Source of the DNA: Tubiluchus corallicola
Lineage: Eukaryota > Animalia > Priapulida
Assembly (NCBI GenBank): GCA_030141605.1
Contig: JAQGDQ010001262.1
Location: 1-51,360 of the forward strand
DNA: 51,360 nt
Reading direction: 5' to 3'
Position 1 is the stretch's first letter. Each line of letters opens with the position of its first letter. A program made the position numbers and the translations under genes. Of the stretch, positions 23,886 to 43,273 are shown piece after piece. Below the pieces are notes generated by a model, which was not told the origin of the DNA, did not search any database, and saw nothing but the letters and a program-made list of their open reading frames with translations.

Positions 23886-24309
23886 CCGCAGTTCACTAAG
23901 TCGTTAATCTATTATTTAATTATCAGAAACTCTTTTGCAGTATTAATTGTGTTAATATGTATGCTTTTTACCGTACTTGAAAATGATGTAGTAAATGAAA
24001 AATCATCTTCTGTCCTCTTTCAAGTACACGCCTATGCAGAAACATCATAGACTGAATGTTCAAAAAGATTCTCTTTACTGTTTTATAAAAACTTAGCTAA
24101 GTGAAATATGAGCGCATTTTAGTCTCTGAAGTCAACAGACTTATATGTCCATTAAAAACATCGTAAAACATATAGACAATGCACAGAAAGTAAAATTACT
24201 GCTAAAAGTAGAAAATACATAGTATATGGTTAGTACAATATAAACACACAAGTAGGTGCAAAAAAATTAAAAGTGCCGGTAAAAAGATTAAAACTTGATT
24301 AGTACGATA

Positions 24310-24520
24310 AAATTGTATAATTATGGTAAAAAATTTACATCTTACATCATTTATCAAATCACATATTTTCTAGCAAATATTTTTTTAAGTTTCTTAAATT
24401 TATTTATATTACTGGCTTGTTTTATTTTACTGGGTAAATTAAACCACATTACAGCACCATGATACATGACAGAATGTTTCCTAACGTTTCTTCTGCACTT
24501 AGGAATGTGGAATTTGTGGC
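24310..24520 (-). mobile_element. L2/Crack-like LINE 3' end
   Basis: Minus strand reads FHIPKCRRNVRKHSVMYHGAVMWFNLPSKIKQASNINKFKK. Confidence 0.7.
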
Positions 24521-24740
24521 ACATGTCTAAGATAACACGTTGTACGCTGCACTGCTAGCGTCTGTTGCTAGGTAGAGGAAGTACTGTCGCTAACACAGTT
24601 AGTCGTCAATTGTCACGTACTTAAAAACCGTGTACCGGCGTATTCTTGAATCGCGACAATTTAGGCTATTAGTAAGCAAAATATTTTTTGTTTGGGATTT
24701 TATCAAATTCATGTACACATTTTTGTATATTTGTTTGTTA
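24520..24740 (+). repeat. Dispersed repeat (family E)
   Basis: Aligns with 43956-44175 (CACATGTCT...GCACTGCTAGCGTCTG...CGACAATTTAGGCTATTAGTAAGCAAAA). Confidence 0.75.
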
Positions 24741-25207
24741 AAAGCTTCATTCATTCATTCTGTTAAGACACATTCCTGTGACTAATAAGCTTTTATGACT
24801 TTTATATCAACTTAGTTCGTTTTTGTCCTATAATACACATAGAAATAATAATGTTAAGTACCGTTTTGTTTATAAACTGGAACGTTTATCATACAATAAT
24901 ATGCTAGCCTAATGGTTTGCTTTGACCCGTCCGACCACTGCAAATAATCTCATTACCCAAGAATTCCTACAAGTTGAACACTTAATCACTTGCTTAAAGG
25001 TTTGCTTTTGCAGCTAAGAGTTTACAAGAAGGCTTTACCGGTTAGATGTTACTGTTATGCCAGGGACGCAGGTACAGTCCAGTAAGTACGTCACAATTTA
25101 TTGCAAGCAGGAGCTTAGGTCCCAAAGTGATTCTATTAACCGGCGCCTACTGTACTAATCAAGTTATAATGTACGTGAACTTTTTTCTTGCTAAGATGCA
25201 TACTTAA

Positions 25208-25873
25208 AGCACAAGAAAACCCTCCACTTACATAAAGCTTAAAAATCCGTCTGAAAATTTTATGCCACTAAAGTGTTGCCTTTTTGCATACAGGGCTTGC
25301 GTCAGGTGTAACACTGAAAAAATTGTAAATTTAAACTCCTGCGATAACCGATAGACGCAGCCATTTTGACGATAAGTCGTTTGAAACAAGTTTAGATAAC
25401 ACTGAGTGAGGTTTGAATAAATAATCAGAGCATTCGTAGCACACATGTTACTAAGTAAAATTTTAAATTATTGTATCTTGTCATTTAGATTAAAAATACG
25501 TTTCTGACTAGTGAGTGGTGCACCCTGGTGGTGAGTCAATGATATTTTACTAACTGGTGAAAACATTTTAAATAACTAATAATTTCCTTTTCTAGTTGCA
25601 CAAGTCTTTCTAGCAGATAAACAAAATGCTAAGTAATATAGTTGTCCACGGAAACTTTTTTGGTACGTAATTTAACATTTCCTTTTCTTTCCCTGATTTA
25701 CGTTGTGCGTATATGACGTCATGTAATGGCGTCGTCGGAATAGTATTGCGGGAAATTTAAAATGAAAACAGACAAAAAATCCTTTAAACGCGAGTACGAT
25801 ATTGCTATAAAGTAATATAATTTTTAAGGCGATTTTACTGAAATTTACCTCAGGCACCCCTTTTTCTTGTCCT
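25208..25873 (+). mobile_element. Kolobok-like element (family B), full copy ending about 15 bp past the TTLL stop codon
   Basis: TTAA|AGCACAAGAAAA ... TTTTCTTGTCCT; aligns end to end with 5304-5895. Confidence 0.78.
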
Positions 25874-25888
25874 TGAATTTGTCGTGTT

Positions 25889-27556
25889 CTATTTTACAAA
25901 ATTGTAAACGCCACTTGTTTTCAAAAGTTTTTCCAACAATTCCCATCCTTCACTGGGTTTACTGTAGTACTTTCTTATCCACGCATCTAGTAACAAGTTG
26001 CTATAACGTTTCTCTTCAAAATATTTCAAATATTTATGAGATTTTGGACTTGGAAAAATCCGCTCAAAACCTCCACGTCTCTGATACTCATCCTCTGCTT
26101 CTACTAGCTCACGAACATCAGCTGGTGTGAGATCATCTAAAATTGCTGACGAAATTTCCTCGTTTGACGCGTTTTTTGTAAAGTGAAGTCGCTTTGATTC
26201 TTCGCACGGCGTGAGCGCTGAAGCATGCAAAGACTTTGGCAACATAGGTCCTATAACTTCCTCGGTGTTCCTTTCTTTATGAGCAGAAAACCTTCCTGAC
26301 GAAACTGTGACTGTTCTCCGTTCTGGAACACGATATCCAGCCAAGTTTAACCGGTCCTGTACCATTTCTCCAACAATGTCATACGCATAACCAGTGAAAG
26401 TGTTAACTTCCAACAACCAAGGTTTCAACTTATGATCCAACATGACATCATATCCATACAGTTCATTGCAACAATAAGGACTCTTCATGTGGCTGCTCAT
26501 CATATTATACAAAACCGACTCACTGCTTAAAATCTGTTTCACAACGACGTCTTTAATTTGTTTCCAAATCTTTTTAATGTCAATTCCTTTCTGCTCCAGA
26601 TAGTGCCATAGTTGTTCCAGAGTCCACACGTACTTTTTTAATACGTATTTTGGATTTTTTATGTTAACGTTCGAATTGGTGAGATGAATGAAATTATTTT
26701 CTAACTGATTGGAGTCGGTGGTGTAATTTTCCGTAGCAAATCTGGCCGCACCAAGTTTGTGCATGTAAATTCTCAAAGGATCCAATGAAGAGACATACAC
26801 AAATATTCTCATGTCAAACTTCAAACCATCGATGAGATATGGTTTTGCGATATACTGTTGAACAACGAGGTCTTCTTGTAGGCTTGGCAACTTACCAATT
26901 GTGTCAATGACTTTGATACCTTTACCTCGCCCCGAATCTGAAGGCTTGTAGATCCACAATCCGAGATTATCTTTCCAATGCTTGCAGAATTCTAATAATT
27001 CCTGCGGCAAAACAAAAGTCTGTGGTACGAAATCGAATGTCTTTTTCCCATATTTTCTCATTGGAATCTTTACGTTTATCCACATGCTATCTTTCCTCAT
27101 GGCTTCATCTTGTGAACCTGGAAGCTGGTTGAATTTCTGATCTTTGCCCACAAAAGGCCATGTCTGCTTTCTTGGATTGGTATTAGTATACGCCGTCCAA
27201 TCTCTGCGTTTTGTCAGTTGAAAATTGGAAAGTCGTAAAATCTTTTTCAGATACCTGACGTCTTCATAATCACCGTCGCCACTAAACCTCCACTTCAATT
27301 TCTTTTTAACGGAACTTGGTAGCTCCTTGGTTATTTGACCAGCTAAAGCGAAATTTACAACTGGTGCAATGTTGGAGAAAAGACTTGGAATAACGGCAGG
27401 AATTAGTCGTGGACATTCACCTGCCAGAGAATTATTCCTCTGCGTATCCAGTCTAAGAAGTCCACTAGCTACATCACTTCCAAGTATTTCTGCAATTACA
27501 CCATTTAGTAGTGTAAAAATAGTACAGTTGTACAATAAACTAAAAGGTGACATCAT
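25889..27556 (-). CDS. TTLL4: Divergent TTLL4-like tubulin-tyrosine-ligase family (ATP-grasp) protein, catalytic domain uninterrupted by introns
   Basis: 555-aa ORF, colinear with TTLL4: SLFSNIAPVVNF, LKWRFS, QKFNQLPGS...RKD, FVPQTFVLP, WIYKP..GRGKGI, VQQYIAKPYLIDGLKFDMRIFV, HLTN, ELYGYDVMLD.KLKPWLLEVN, LNLAGY, and the TTLL4/5 tail LDDLTPADVRELVEAEDEYQRRGGFERIFPS...YLKYFEEKRYSNLLL. Probably a paralogue, and the true N-terminus is uncertain. Confidence 0.9.
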   Translation of the reverse strand: MMSPFSLLYNCTIFTLLNGVIAEILGSDVASGLLRLDTQRNNSLAGECPRLIPAVIPSLFSNIAPVVNFALAGQITKELPSSVKKKLKWRFSGDGDYEDVRYLKKILRLSNFQLTKRRDWTAYTNTNPRKQTWPFVGKDQKFNQLPGSQDEAMRKDSMWINVKIPMRKYGKKTFDFVPQTFVLPQELLEFCKHWKDNLGLWIYKPSDSGRGKGIKVIDTIGKLPSLQEDLVVQQYIAKPYLIDGLKFDMRIFVYVSSLDPLRIYMHKLGAARFATENYTTDSNQLENNFIHLTNSNVNIKNPKYVLKKYVWTLEQLWHYLEQKGIDIKKIWKQIKDVVVKQILSSESVLYNMMSSHMKSPYCCNELYGYDVMLDHKLKPWLLEVNTFTGYAYDIVGEMVQDRLNLAGYRVPERRTVTVSSGRFSAHKERNTEEVIGPMLPKSLHASALTPCEESKRLHFTKNASNEEISSAILDDLTPADVRELVEAEDEYQRRGGFERIFPSPKSHKYLKYFEEKRYSNLLLDAWIRKYYSKPSEGWELLEKLLKTSGVYNFVK

Positions 27557-27963
27557 AATACATAAGTCACGTGACTTTATTGCGAAATTTGACGTATCTC
27601 TACATTATCTCTCACGAGAAAAAACAGAATTAACATTAATCTTAATAGCACAGCAAACGAAAGCGTTAAAATCTGCCAGTTGATACGGACGCGACGCTGA
27701 AGTAAAGTCAAGTCAAAGCAAAACTGTCGCGTGATATTTTACACAAGTTGCCGGAATACAGTGCGTAATCACCACATATAATGGTGACTAGTTTAGACAT
27801 TTTTCATACTGTGTAAAGTTCGTTGACCCCTGACCCTTTCAAACGACAGGTCGGGAAGGCATGTGATCTGCTTGTGTCACCACCCAGTTGTCCGTTATGC
27901 TTGGGCTAGTCATTTGAAGGGGACTTGCGACGAACTGGCTATGGTATTTATACCTCTTGGCGG

Positions 27964-28325
27964 CAGGGGCATATTAACCAATAGGCTAACTAGGCTACAG
28001 TCTAGGGCGCCACATTTTGTTAAAAAATATGTATATACTTTAATATTCATGTAAAGGGCGCATTTTATAACACACCACAGGCAGTTACTGAGCTCAGCTT
28101 CCATATAAGTGCCAAACAAATAAAACAGGTACACGGTATTACACAACAAGCAGTTGCGCAGCATGCTGCGCTATGCGAATACATGTAATTAACAATGAAA
28201 CTAGATTAGTAGCGTTTCTAGTACACCACAAGTATTTGTTTAATATGCCCCTTACATAAGCAACCATAAATTCACAGTAGAGATGGATGGGACAGAACTC
28301 TCAGCTTAGGACGTCGTGAAGACTG
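27964..28325 (+). mobile_element. hAT-like non-autonomous repeat (family D), copy 2
   Basis: Starts CAGGGGCATATTAACCAATAGGCTAACTAGGCTACAGTCTAGGGCGCC; inverted homologue of 20830-21196. Confidence 0.7.
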
Positions 28326-28920
28326 GATACGCCACTATCTCGCGGGTGTAATAAAGATGAATGAAACCTAAGCTTGTAGCTATATGTCATAAAGCAATGT
28401 CTATTTTCTTGTCTGTCTGTTGCCACGATGTGATTTTGATGATGACAAACTTGTCTAGCTCTTTGTCGATTTGCTAGGTTGCTATGTTGTAGGAGCCCCT
28501 TCTCTTTCTTGTCATTGTTGCAGTTGGTTTACGTTGATGTTCTGTGTGTGCTTTGAATTATGTGTTACGTCTGTAGTTATCACTTTAACATCTAAGGTTG
28601 GACTGTCAATGTGATTGGGTCCCGCCGGGAGAGATTGAAGATAGTGAGGAGGGACCGAAATCTGGATTTTTCCCGGTGACTCACCTGATGAAACTTTCCC
28701 TTGTTGGTAATTTTGTACGTGTTTATTAATTTATTTATTTATTTTATTCACACGCAATAGTAAAATACAGTCTACAGTAAAAACAGTGTAATATAAAACA
28801 CATTGGCAAAAAACATACAAATAAAACATTTACAAGAGTGTGGTAAAGACATAAGAGATTAACTGCTTACATTGTGTACAAGGAATTTATGCAAGTTAAC
28901 TTTATATAAACTTTATATAT

Positions 28921-29728
28921 GTTTGTCCTTGTAGATTGTATGATTTGCAGTTATTTGTCTCTTTTTGTTGTTTGTGTTTGTCGTTGTTGATTGTATGATT
29001 TGCAGTTGTTTGTGTTTGTCGTTGTGGGCTGTATGATTTGCAGTTGTTCGTCTCTTTTTGTTGTTTGTGTTTGTCGTTGTTGATTGTATGATTTGCAGTT
29101 GTTCGTCTCTTTTTGTTGTTTGTGCTTGTCGTTTTAGGCTGTATGATTTGCAGTTGTTTGTCTTTTTTGTTGTTTGTGTTTGTCGTTGTAGATTGTATGA
29201 TTTGCAGTTGTTTGTCTCTTTTTGTTGTTTGTGTTTGTCCTTGTAGATTGTATGATTTGCAGTTATTTGTCTCTTTTTGTTGTTTGTGTTTGTCCTTGTA
29301 GATTGTATGATTTGCAGTTATTTGTCTCTTTTTGTTGTTTGTGTTTGTCCTTGTAGATTGTATGATTTGCAGTTATTTGTCTCTTTTTGTTGTTTGTGTT
29401 TGTCGTTGTTGATTGTATGATTTGCAGTTGTTCGTCTCTTTTTGTTGTTTGTGTTTGTCGTTGTAGATTGTATGATTTGCAGTTGTTTGTCTCTTTTTGT
29501 TGTTTGTGCTTGTCGTTGTTGATTGTATGATTTGCAGTTGTTTGTCTCTTTTTGTTGTTTGTGTTTGTCCTTGTAGATTGTATGATTTGCAGTTATTTGT
29601 CTCTTTTTGTTGTTTGTGTTTGTCCTTGTAGATTGTATGATTTGCAGTTATTTGTCTCTTTTTGTTGTTTGTGTTTGTCCTTGTAGATTGTATGATTTGC
29701 AGTTATTTGTCTCTTTTTGTTGTTTGTG
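28921..29728. repeat. 55-bp minisatellite, about 14-15 copies, T/G-rich strand
   Basis: Unit GTTTGTCCTTGTAGATTGTATGATTTGCAGTTATTTGTCTCTTTTTGTTGTTTGT (for example at 29233 and 29288). Confidence 0.97.
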
Positions 29729-30294
29729 GAAAAACTTGAAAGCTTTAGCACTATGACCCACAAGGTTGAAGAACAAAGTGACTGCAAGCAGCTGTAAAAC
29801 AATAAGGCTTGCTATTTTCGGCTTTGACATCATGATTTTTCCTAAGAGGTTGTTCATTTTGGACAGCAAAAGGAGACTTTAGTGACGTCTGAGTTGTATT
29901 GATGACGTTTTTTACACGTCACACAAGGACAAGTGTTTTAGCAAACGAATATATTCACGCATCGCTTTGTGTCACATAGTTCGTATATCAGAAGCTTGAC
30001 TACGCCATTCCTGTATGGTCTTACTGGATGTGAAATAAACTGAACCGAACTAAACTGAAAGGTCATTAGGAAAGGCATCTTCAAGGAACAATCATTAGCA
30101 ACTGGAGCTAGAAAAAAGAACGTCAAGGTCAGGGCGAGAATAATGATCTTTTGGGGCCCTTACGCTAATGAAATTTATGGGGCCCCGTCAGACGGAGCCA
30201 CCTTCTAATTTGCTCGAACTTGTCTCGAATTTTTTGTACTTGTGATATATTTTGAGCAACATTTGCAATATTTCAAATAAAGAGCTTCAAATAG

Positions 30295-30670
30295 AGGGCC
30301 ATATCTCAATTAAAGGGCCCTTTGTCTCAAATAGAAGATCTCAAACAAGGGCCCTTTGTCCCAAATAGAAAATCACAAACAAGGGCCCTTTGTCCCAAAT
30401 AGAAGATCCCAAACAAGGGCCCTTTGTCCCAAATAGAAAATCACAAACAAGGGCCCTTTGTCTCAAATAGAAGATCTCAAACAAGGGCCCTTTGCCTCAA
30501 ATAGAAGATCTCAAACAAGGGCCCTTTGTCTCAAATAGAAGATCTCAAACAAGGGCCCTTTGTCCCAAATAGAAGATCACAAACAAGGGCCCTTTGTCTC
30601 AAATAGAAATCCCAAACAAGGGCCCTTTGTCTCAAATTGAAATCCCAAACAAGGGCCCTTTGTCTCAAAT
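30295..30670. repeat. 33-34-bp minisatellite, about 11 copies, with palindromic core AAGGGCCCTT
   Basis: Cores at 30313, 30347, 30381 and onward. Preceded by CAGGGCG...GGGGCCCC motifs (30130-30186) resembling a hAT-type MITE end. Confidence 0.93.
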
Positions 30671-30674
30671 ACAA

Positions 30675-30760
30675 AGCCTCAAGACTTCTATGAAGTGTGT
30701 TAATCTGCTTTTCTTGAGTAATCGTTAAACCCCAAGTTTCACTGTTGTACATAAATATGA
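30675..30760 (-). mobile_element. Small RTE-like LINE fragment
   Basis: YNSETWGLTITQEKQINTLHRSL resembles the RTE post-RT motif Y..ETW.LT...K.I..F.R. Confidence 0.5.
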
Positions 30761-30904
30761 ACTGAGAGGTACAACACCTTTTTTTGAGCAGTGCGTTTCC
30801 GAAATGGCGAATGGAAGTAGCAGCGAAGAACTTTTTTTTTGAATTATGAATTTATTCCACAGCAACTGAAACATACATATAAATTGATATAACATTGAAA
30901 AAAA

Positions 30905-31670
30905 TAAATAAACTATGCGAGTTACTGTGAGGAGGAGGAAGGAGCATTGAGCTTTTGAGTCCTCCTCCAGATAAGTGAAACAATTGACAATTAACATTAC
31001 ATTTTCATCAGTTATAGCATACATTAGAACAAAATAAGTTTTGTTAGTAACTTAAGATCAGGATGAGTAAAATTGTGAGTTAATTATACCGTTGTAGTAG
31101 GTAATTCTTTGATGCTTTTTTAAATTGATACAGATTAAGAGTTTTCATTTCATGCGGAATTGATGACCATATTTTAATAGCATTATATTTTGATGACTGT
31201 TTCATTATATTTGTTTTTGGAAGGGGGAGTACATAGTTTTCGACTGAATATCTTGTGTAATGATCATGTTGATTTGAAACTGGACTAAAGTATGACTGAA
31301 AAGCTGGTGGAAGTAGTGAATTATGTTAGTGATACATGAAATGAAGACAATACATGTCATATATTTCTTTGTCTTTAGCCACGCGAATACCAAATTTAGG
31401 TTTCTGCTGTAATAATTCTTTCACAGGCATCTTTTCACAGGAAAGTCAGTGTTTCAAACTACCCTAGCTTCCTTCTTGCTTGAATCTCCCTGAGGAGGAC
31501 ACTACACCCTCTGCATTAACTTGCCGCGTTGGGAGGGATTTCGAATGATGATCAAGCGTTTTCAAGGGGCTCGTTAATAGAAGATTCATCTTGAATTATC
31601 ACCTGAAGAGGAAGAGGCTGGTAGTACTAATGAGATCGTGTAACTAATGAGCCTACGTGTTAAACACACG
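30905..31670 (+). pseudogene. Decayed SUN-domain and linker portion of the SUCO locus
   Basis: Short, colinear matches to SUCO motifs: NYASYC (30911), IQIKSFH (31128), EGGVHSFRLN (31220), SMTE (31289), NLG-SA (31393). An exon-like block ends at a GTAAG donor near 31669 and carries an in-frame TAA and a frameshift. Each match alone is weak. Confidence 0.45.
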
Positions 31671-31867
31671 TAAGCCAGTGGCAGTTGTGTTTTGCGTTTT
31701 AGAAGTTTTAACTAAGTTTCCCTTAACCCCTCAGCTACCGGAAATACGGTCACGAGGGCAGACCCAGCAATGGGGGTGCAATCGTCCTACGTGAAAGCAG
31801 AAGAAATGCTACTGCACCACTTTCGTTGATCACTGAACTTACATCATATCTTTGACTGCCTTGCCAT

Positions 31868-31984
31868 ATTATTATTATTATTATTGTTGTTGTTGTTGTT
31901 GTTGCTGCTGCTGCTGCTACTGCTGTTGCTGTTGGTATTGCTGATGCAATTTTGTTGTTGTTGTTATAATAATAATAATAATAA

Positions 31985-32029
<45 letters not shown>

Positions 32030-32050
32030 TATTATTATTATTATTATTTA
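31868..32050. repeat. Compound trinucleotide microsatellite (ATT/GTT/GCT/AAT)
   Basis: Directly visible. Confidence 0.9.
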
Positions 32051-32815
32051 TTTTCTTTGAGCATATAAACGTATACATATATACTTGCGCCCTCTATTTG
32101 CAAGGCTATTTACTGTATTGGTGTCTGTTGCATTAAAGCACAAGAAAACCCTCGACTTACATCAAGCTTAAAAAATTCGTCTTGAAATTTTATACCTATT
32201 GCCTTTTTACATGTAACGCTTGCGGCGGCAGTAACGCTGTATAAAACTTGTAAATTTAAACTCCCGCTACGACCGTTTTAATGGTAGGTCGCTTGATAGC
32301 TTGAAACAAGCTTAGATAACATTGCATAAAGTTTCAAAATATAATCAGAGCATTCGTAACGCACATGTTATTATACCACTGGCTAAAAATTTTCTGAAGC
32401 AGCACCCTCACTAATCTTTGTTAAGAAACTGCAGTCAACCTCGGGTATAAGGAACTCGGACATAAGGGACCACCAACTCCGGTCCTGATTTTTCGTAACG
32501 TTTTTCCCATTTAAAATTCTTCGTGTATATGGTAGTCGAGACTTTCGGTTATAAGAGACAATATCTTCAGGTCCCGTGTAATAGAAACCCAGGTAAATTA
32601 CCTCGCATATAAAGGGGGACCCTATGATCACAGCGATCGATTATGATCAATTTTTAACTTGCTGGTGTGTCGATCTATTACGAGTCTTACAATTAACTTT
32701 GAGTCTTACAATCCTAAGTTTGACTCCAAAAATCCGAAGTCTTTTCAGATGTCAAGTGTTTGCAGGTGTATTCATTGATTTTCTGATATAAAACTGCTCT
32801 TTTACAATGTTACAG

Positions 32816-41079
<8,264 letters not shown>

Positions 41080-41584
41080 ATTACGTCCAGTTTTCCAATT
41101 CTCTTGTCCTGTTCCTAATCAGAATGTATTTATTCGCTCTCTTGTCAACATTTGCACATGCTGCACATGCTGAATTTGTTTTGCATCTTCTCTGTTAGCA
41201 TTTGCACACGTGGGAATCGTAGTTGCACAGCATTCCAGGGCAAACACGTCATAATTACTCCACGTATTTGTACGAAGCATTTAGCGCGCGGCTAATGATT
41301 GTTGCGAATGTTGCTTCTTGGCTTCTGTCGTGTTTAGTTTTGACGACGACGACAGTATGGCTTCATTTTAGGATTCACGTGAAGCTCGTTTCGTTTTTTA
41401 GTTTGGCGTATTTAATGTACGTAATCCTTCCTCGTATTGTTAAGTTTAATTCATTATTCGTGACATTCAACTAAATGGCAGCTAGGAGGTTAGGGAGCTT
41501 GGAAAGATGTCGTTTCACAAAGGAGGAGGAATGTAGGAGGAAGAAAGGGTGGAAGGAGTTTACAGTCTCCCACATAGCCCTATT

Positions 41585-42395
41585 CCCAACCCAACCCTAA
41601 CCCTAACCCTTAACCCCAATGCTAACCCTAACCCCTAACCCCAATTCTAACCCTAACCCCTAACCCCAATGCTAACCCTAACCCCTAACCCCAATGCTAA
41701 CCCTAACGCTTACCATAACCTCTTACCCCAACGTCCTACCCCAACGCCAACCCTAACCCTGACCCCAGCCCTAACCCAAACCCTAACTCTAACCCCAACG
41801 TCAACCTCCAACCCAAACCCTAACTCTAACCCAAACCCTAACTCTAACCCTAACCCTAACTCTAACCCTAACCCTAACCCTAACCCTAACTCTAACCCAA
41901 ACCCTAACTCTAACCCTAACCCTAACTCTAACCCAAACCCTAACTCTAACCCTAACCCTAACCCTAACCCTAACTCTAACCCAAACCCTAACCCTAACCC
42001 TAACCCTAACCCTAACCCAAACCCTAACTCTAACCCAAACCCTAACCCTAACTCTAACCCTAACCCTAACCCTAACCCTAACCCTAACCCTAACTCTAAC
42101 CCAAACCCTAACTCTAACCCAAACCCTAACCCTAACCCTAACCCTAACTCTAACCCAAACCCTAACTCTAACCCAAACCCTAACTCTAACCCCAACGTCA
42201 ACCTCCAACCCAAACCCTAACTCTAACCCAAACCCTAACTCTAACCCCAACGTCAACCTCCAACCCCAACCCTAACTCTAACCCTAGCCCTAACTCTAGC
42301 GCTAACTTTAAACCCAGCCTCCTGCCTCAACGCCAACCCCCAACCCTAACCCAGATCCTAACCCTTGCCCTAATCCGAAATCTAACCCTAATCCA
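41585..42395. repeat. Interstitial telomere-like array (CCCTAA with CTCTAA/CCCAAA variants; TTAGGG on the minus strand)
   Basis: About 800 bp of hexamer repeats with degenerate edges. Confidence 0.93.
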
Positions 42396-42864
42396 TTTCG
42401 CAAACTAGTTTCTTGTATGTGGCCAACTTCTGCCGGAGGGGGTGTAACTGAAGTGCTCTATGTTGGGGCGAATGAAATAGCAGAGTGGTTGGTGTGTGTG
42501 TGTGTGCTTTAGAATCAAAGTTAAGCAATAGAGAGCCTAGTGGGTAAATGGATGGATGATCCCAGCAACTTTCTTCAGAAGAGTTTGTGTGGCTTAGTGT
42601 TTCCTATCGTCTTCATAATACACAGGTTCCAGTCGTGCCTCAGCCATCTACATTGGTCAGGCTTTGCCATTAAGTACTGGATCCTGGTTTGTAGAGTGTA
42701 CTGTATGCAAAAACAGGTCATCAAGTGGTTTCGCATTAACATTGTGTTACATGTTAAGCAAGACTGAGTCTTGTAAGCTCTTAGATGGGAGACCACTACC
42801 AACGATATTGTTGCCCGGTCTGCATAGCTAAAAATGAAATGAACGTTTTACTAGTGACTGTAAG

Positions 42865-43273
42865 CAGGGTTCCCACAGTCAGGGAAGATGTTAGAAAATC
42901 CTTGAAAATACAGGCTATCCCGGAAGGTCATGGAAAAGTCAGGGAAAACGATAATTTGGTAAAAAGTCAGGGAAAATGACGAAAATGGGGGTGAAAAGTC
43001 GGGGAAATTGGAAAGGGTTGCAAAAATAGTCACTGTTAATCGATATTTTTCAGTAGTTAAGAAAGTTTATTTAATGTGATTAGTGTAATTTCATTAGCAC
43101 TACTGCAACTGTGCCAACACATTATATATCAGTATATGTATGAATGTCCATACACAAAAATGTATGAATACGTATACTGGTAATACAATTTCTGCTTATC
43201 TTGGTCATGGAAAATCAATATTTTGTCAGGGAAAAGTCAGGGAAGTTTAGTTTAAAATTCTGTGGGATCCCCG
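42865..43273. mobile_element. hAT-like MITE
   Basis: TIR CAGGGTTCCCACAG / CTGTGGGATCCCCG with subterminal AAAGTCAGGGAAA repeats. No clear TSD. Confidence 0.7.

Noticed and set aside
20844-28282. A single large TIR transposon carrying captured genes
   Set aside because: The repeats are diverged, their termini face inward, there is no TSD or transposase, and the LRR gene crosses the left repeat.
28921-30670. CRISPR-like appearance of regular, partly palindromic repeats
   Set aside because: There are no unique spacers and no cas genes, and the context is eukaryotic. These are plain tandem repeats.
32383-32631. 82-aa minus-strand ORF
   Set aside because: No motif recognised; it lies between TE fragments.
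41669-42256. NP-repeat (circumsporozoite-like) ORF
   Set aside because: It is a translation of the CCCTAA array with no flanking protein domains.
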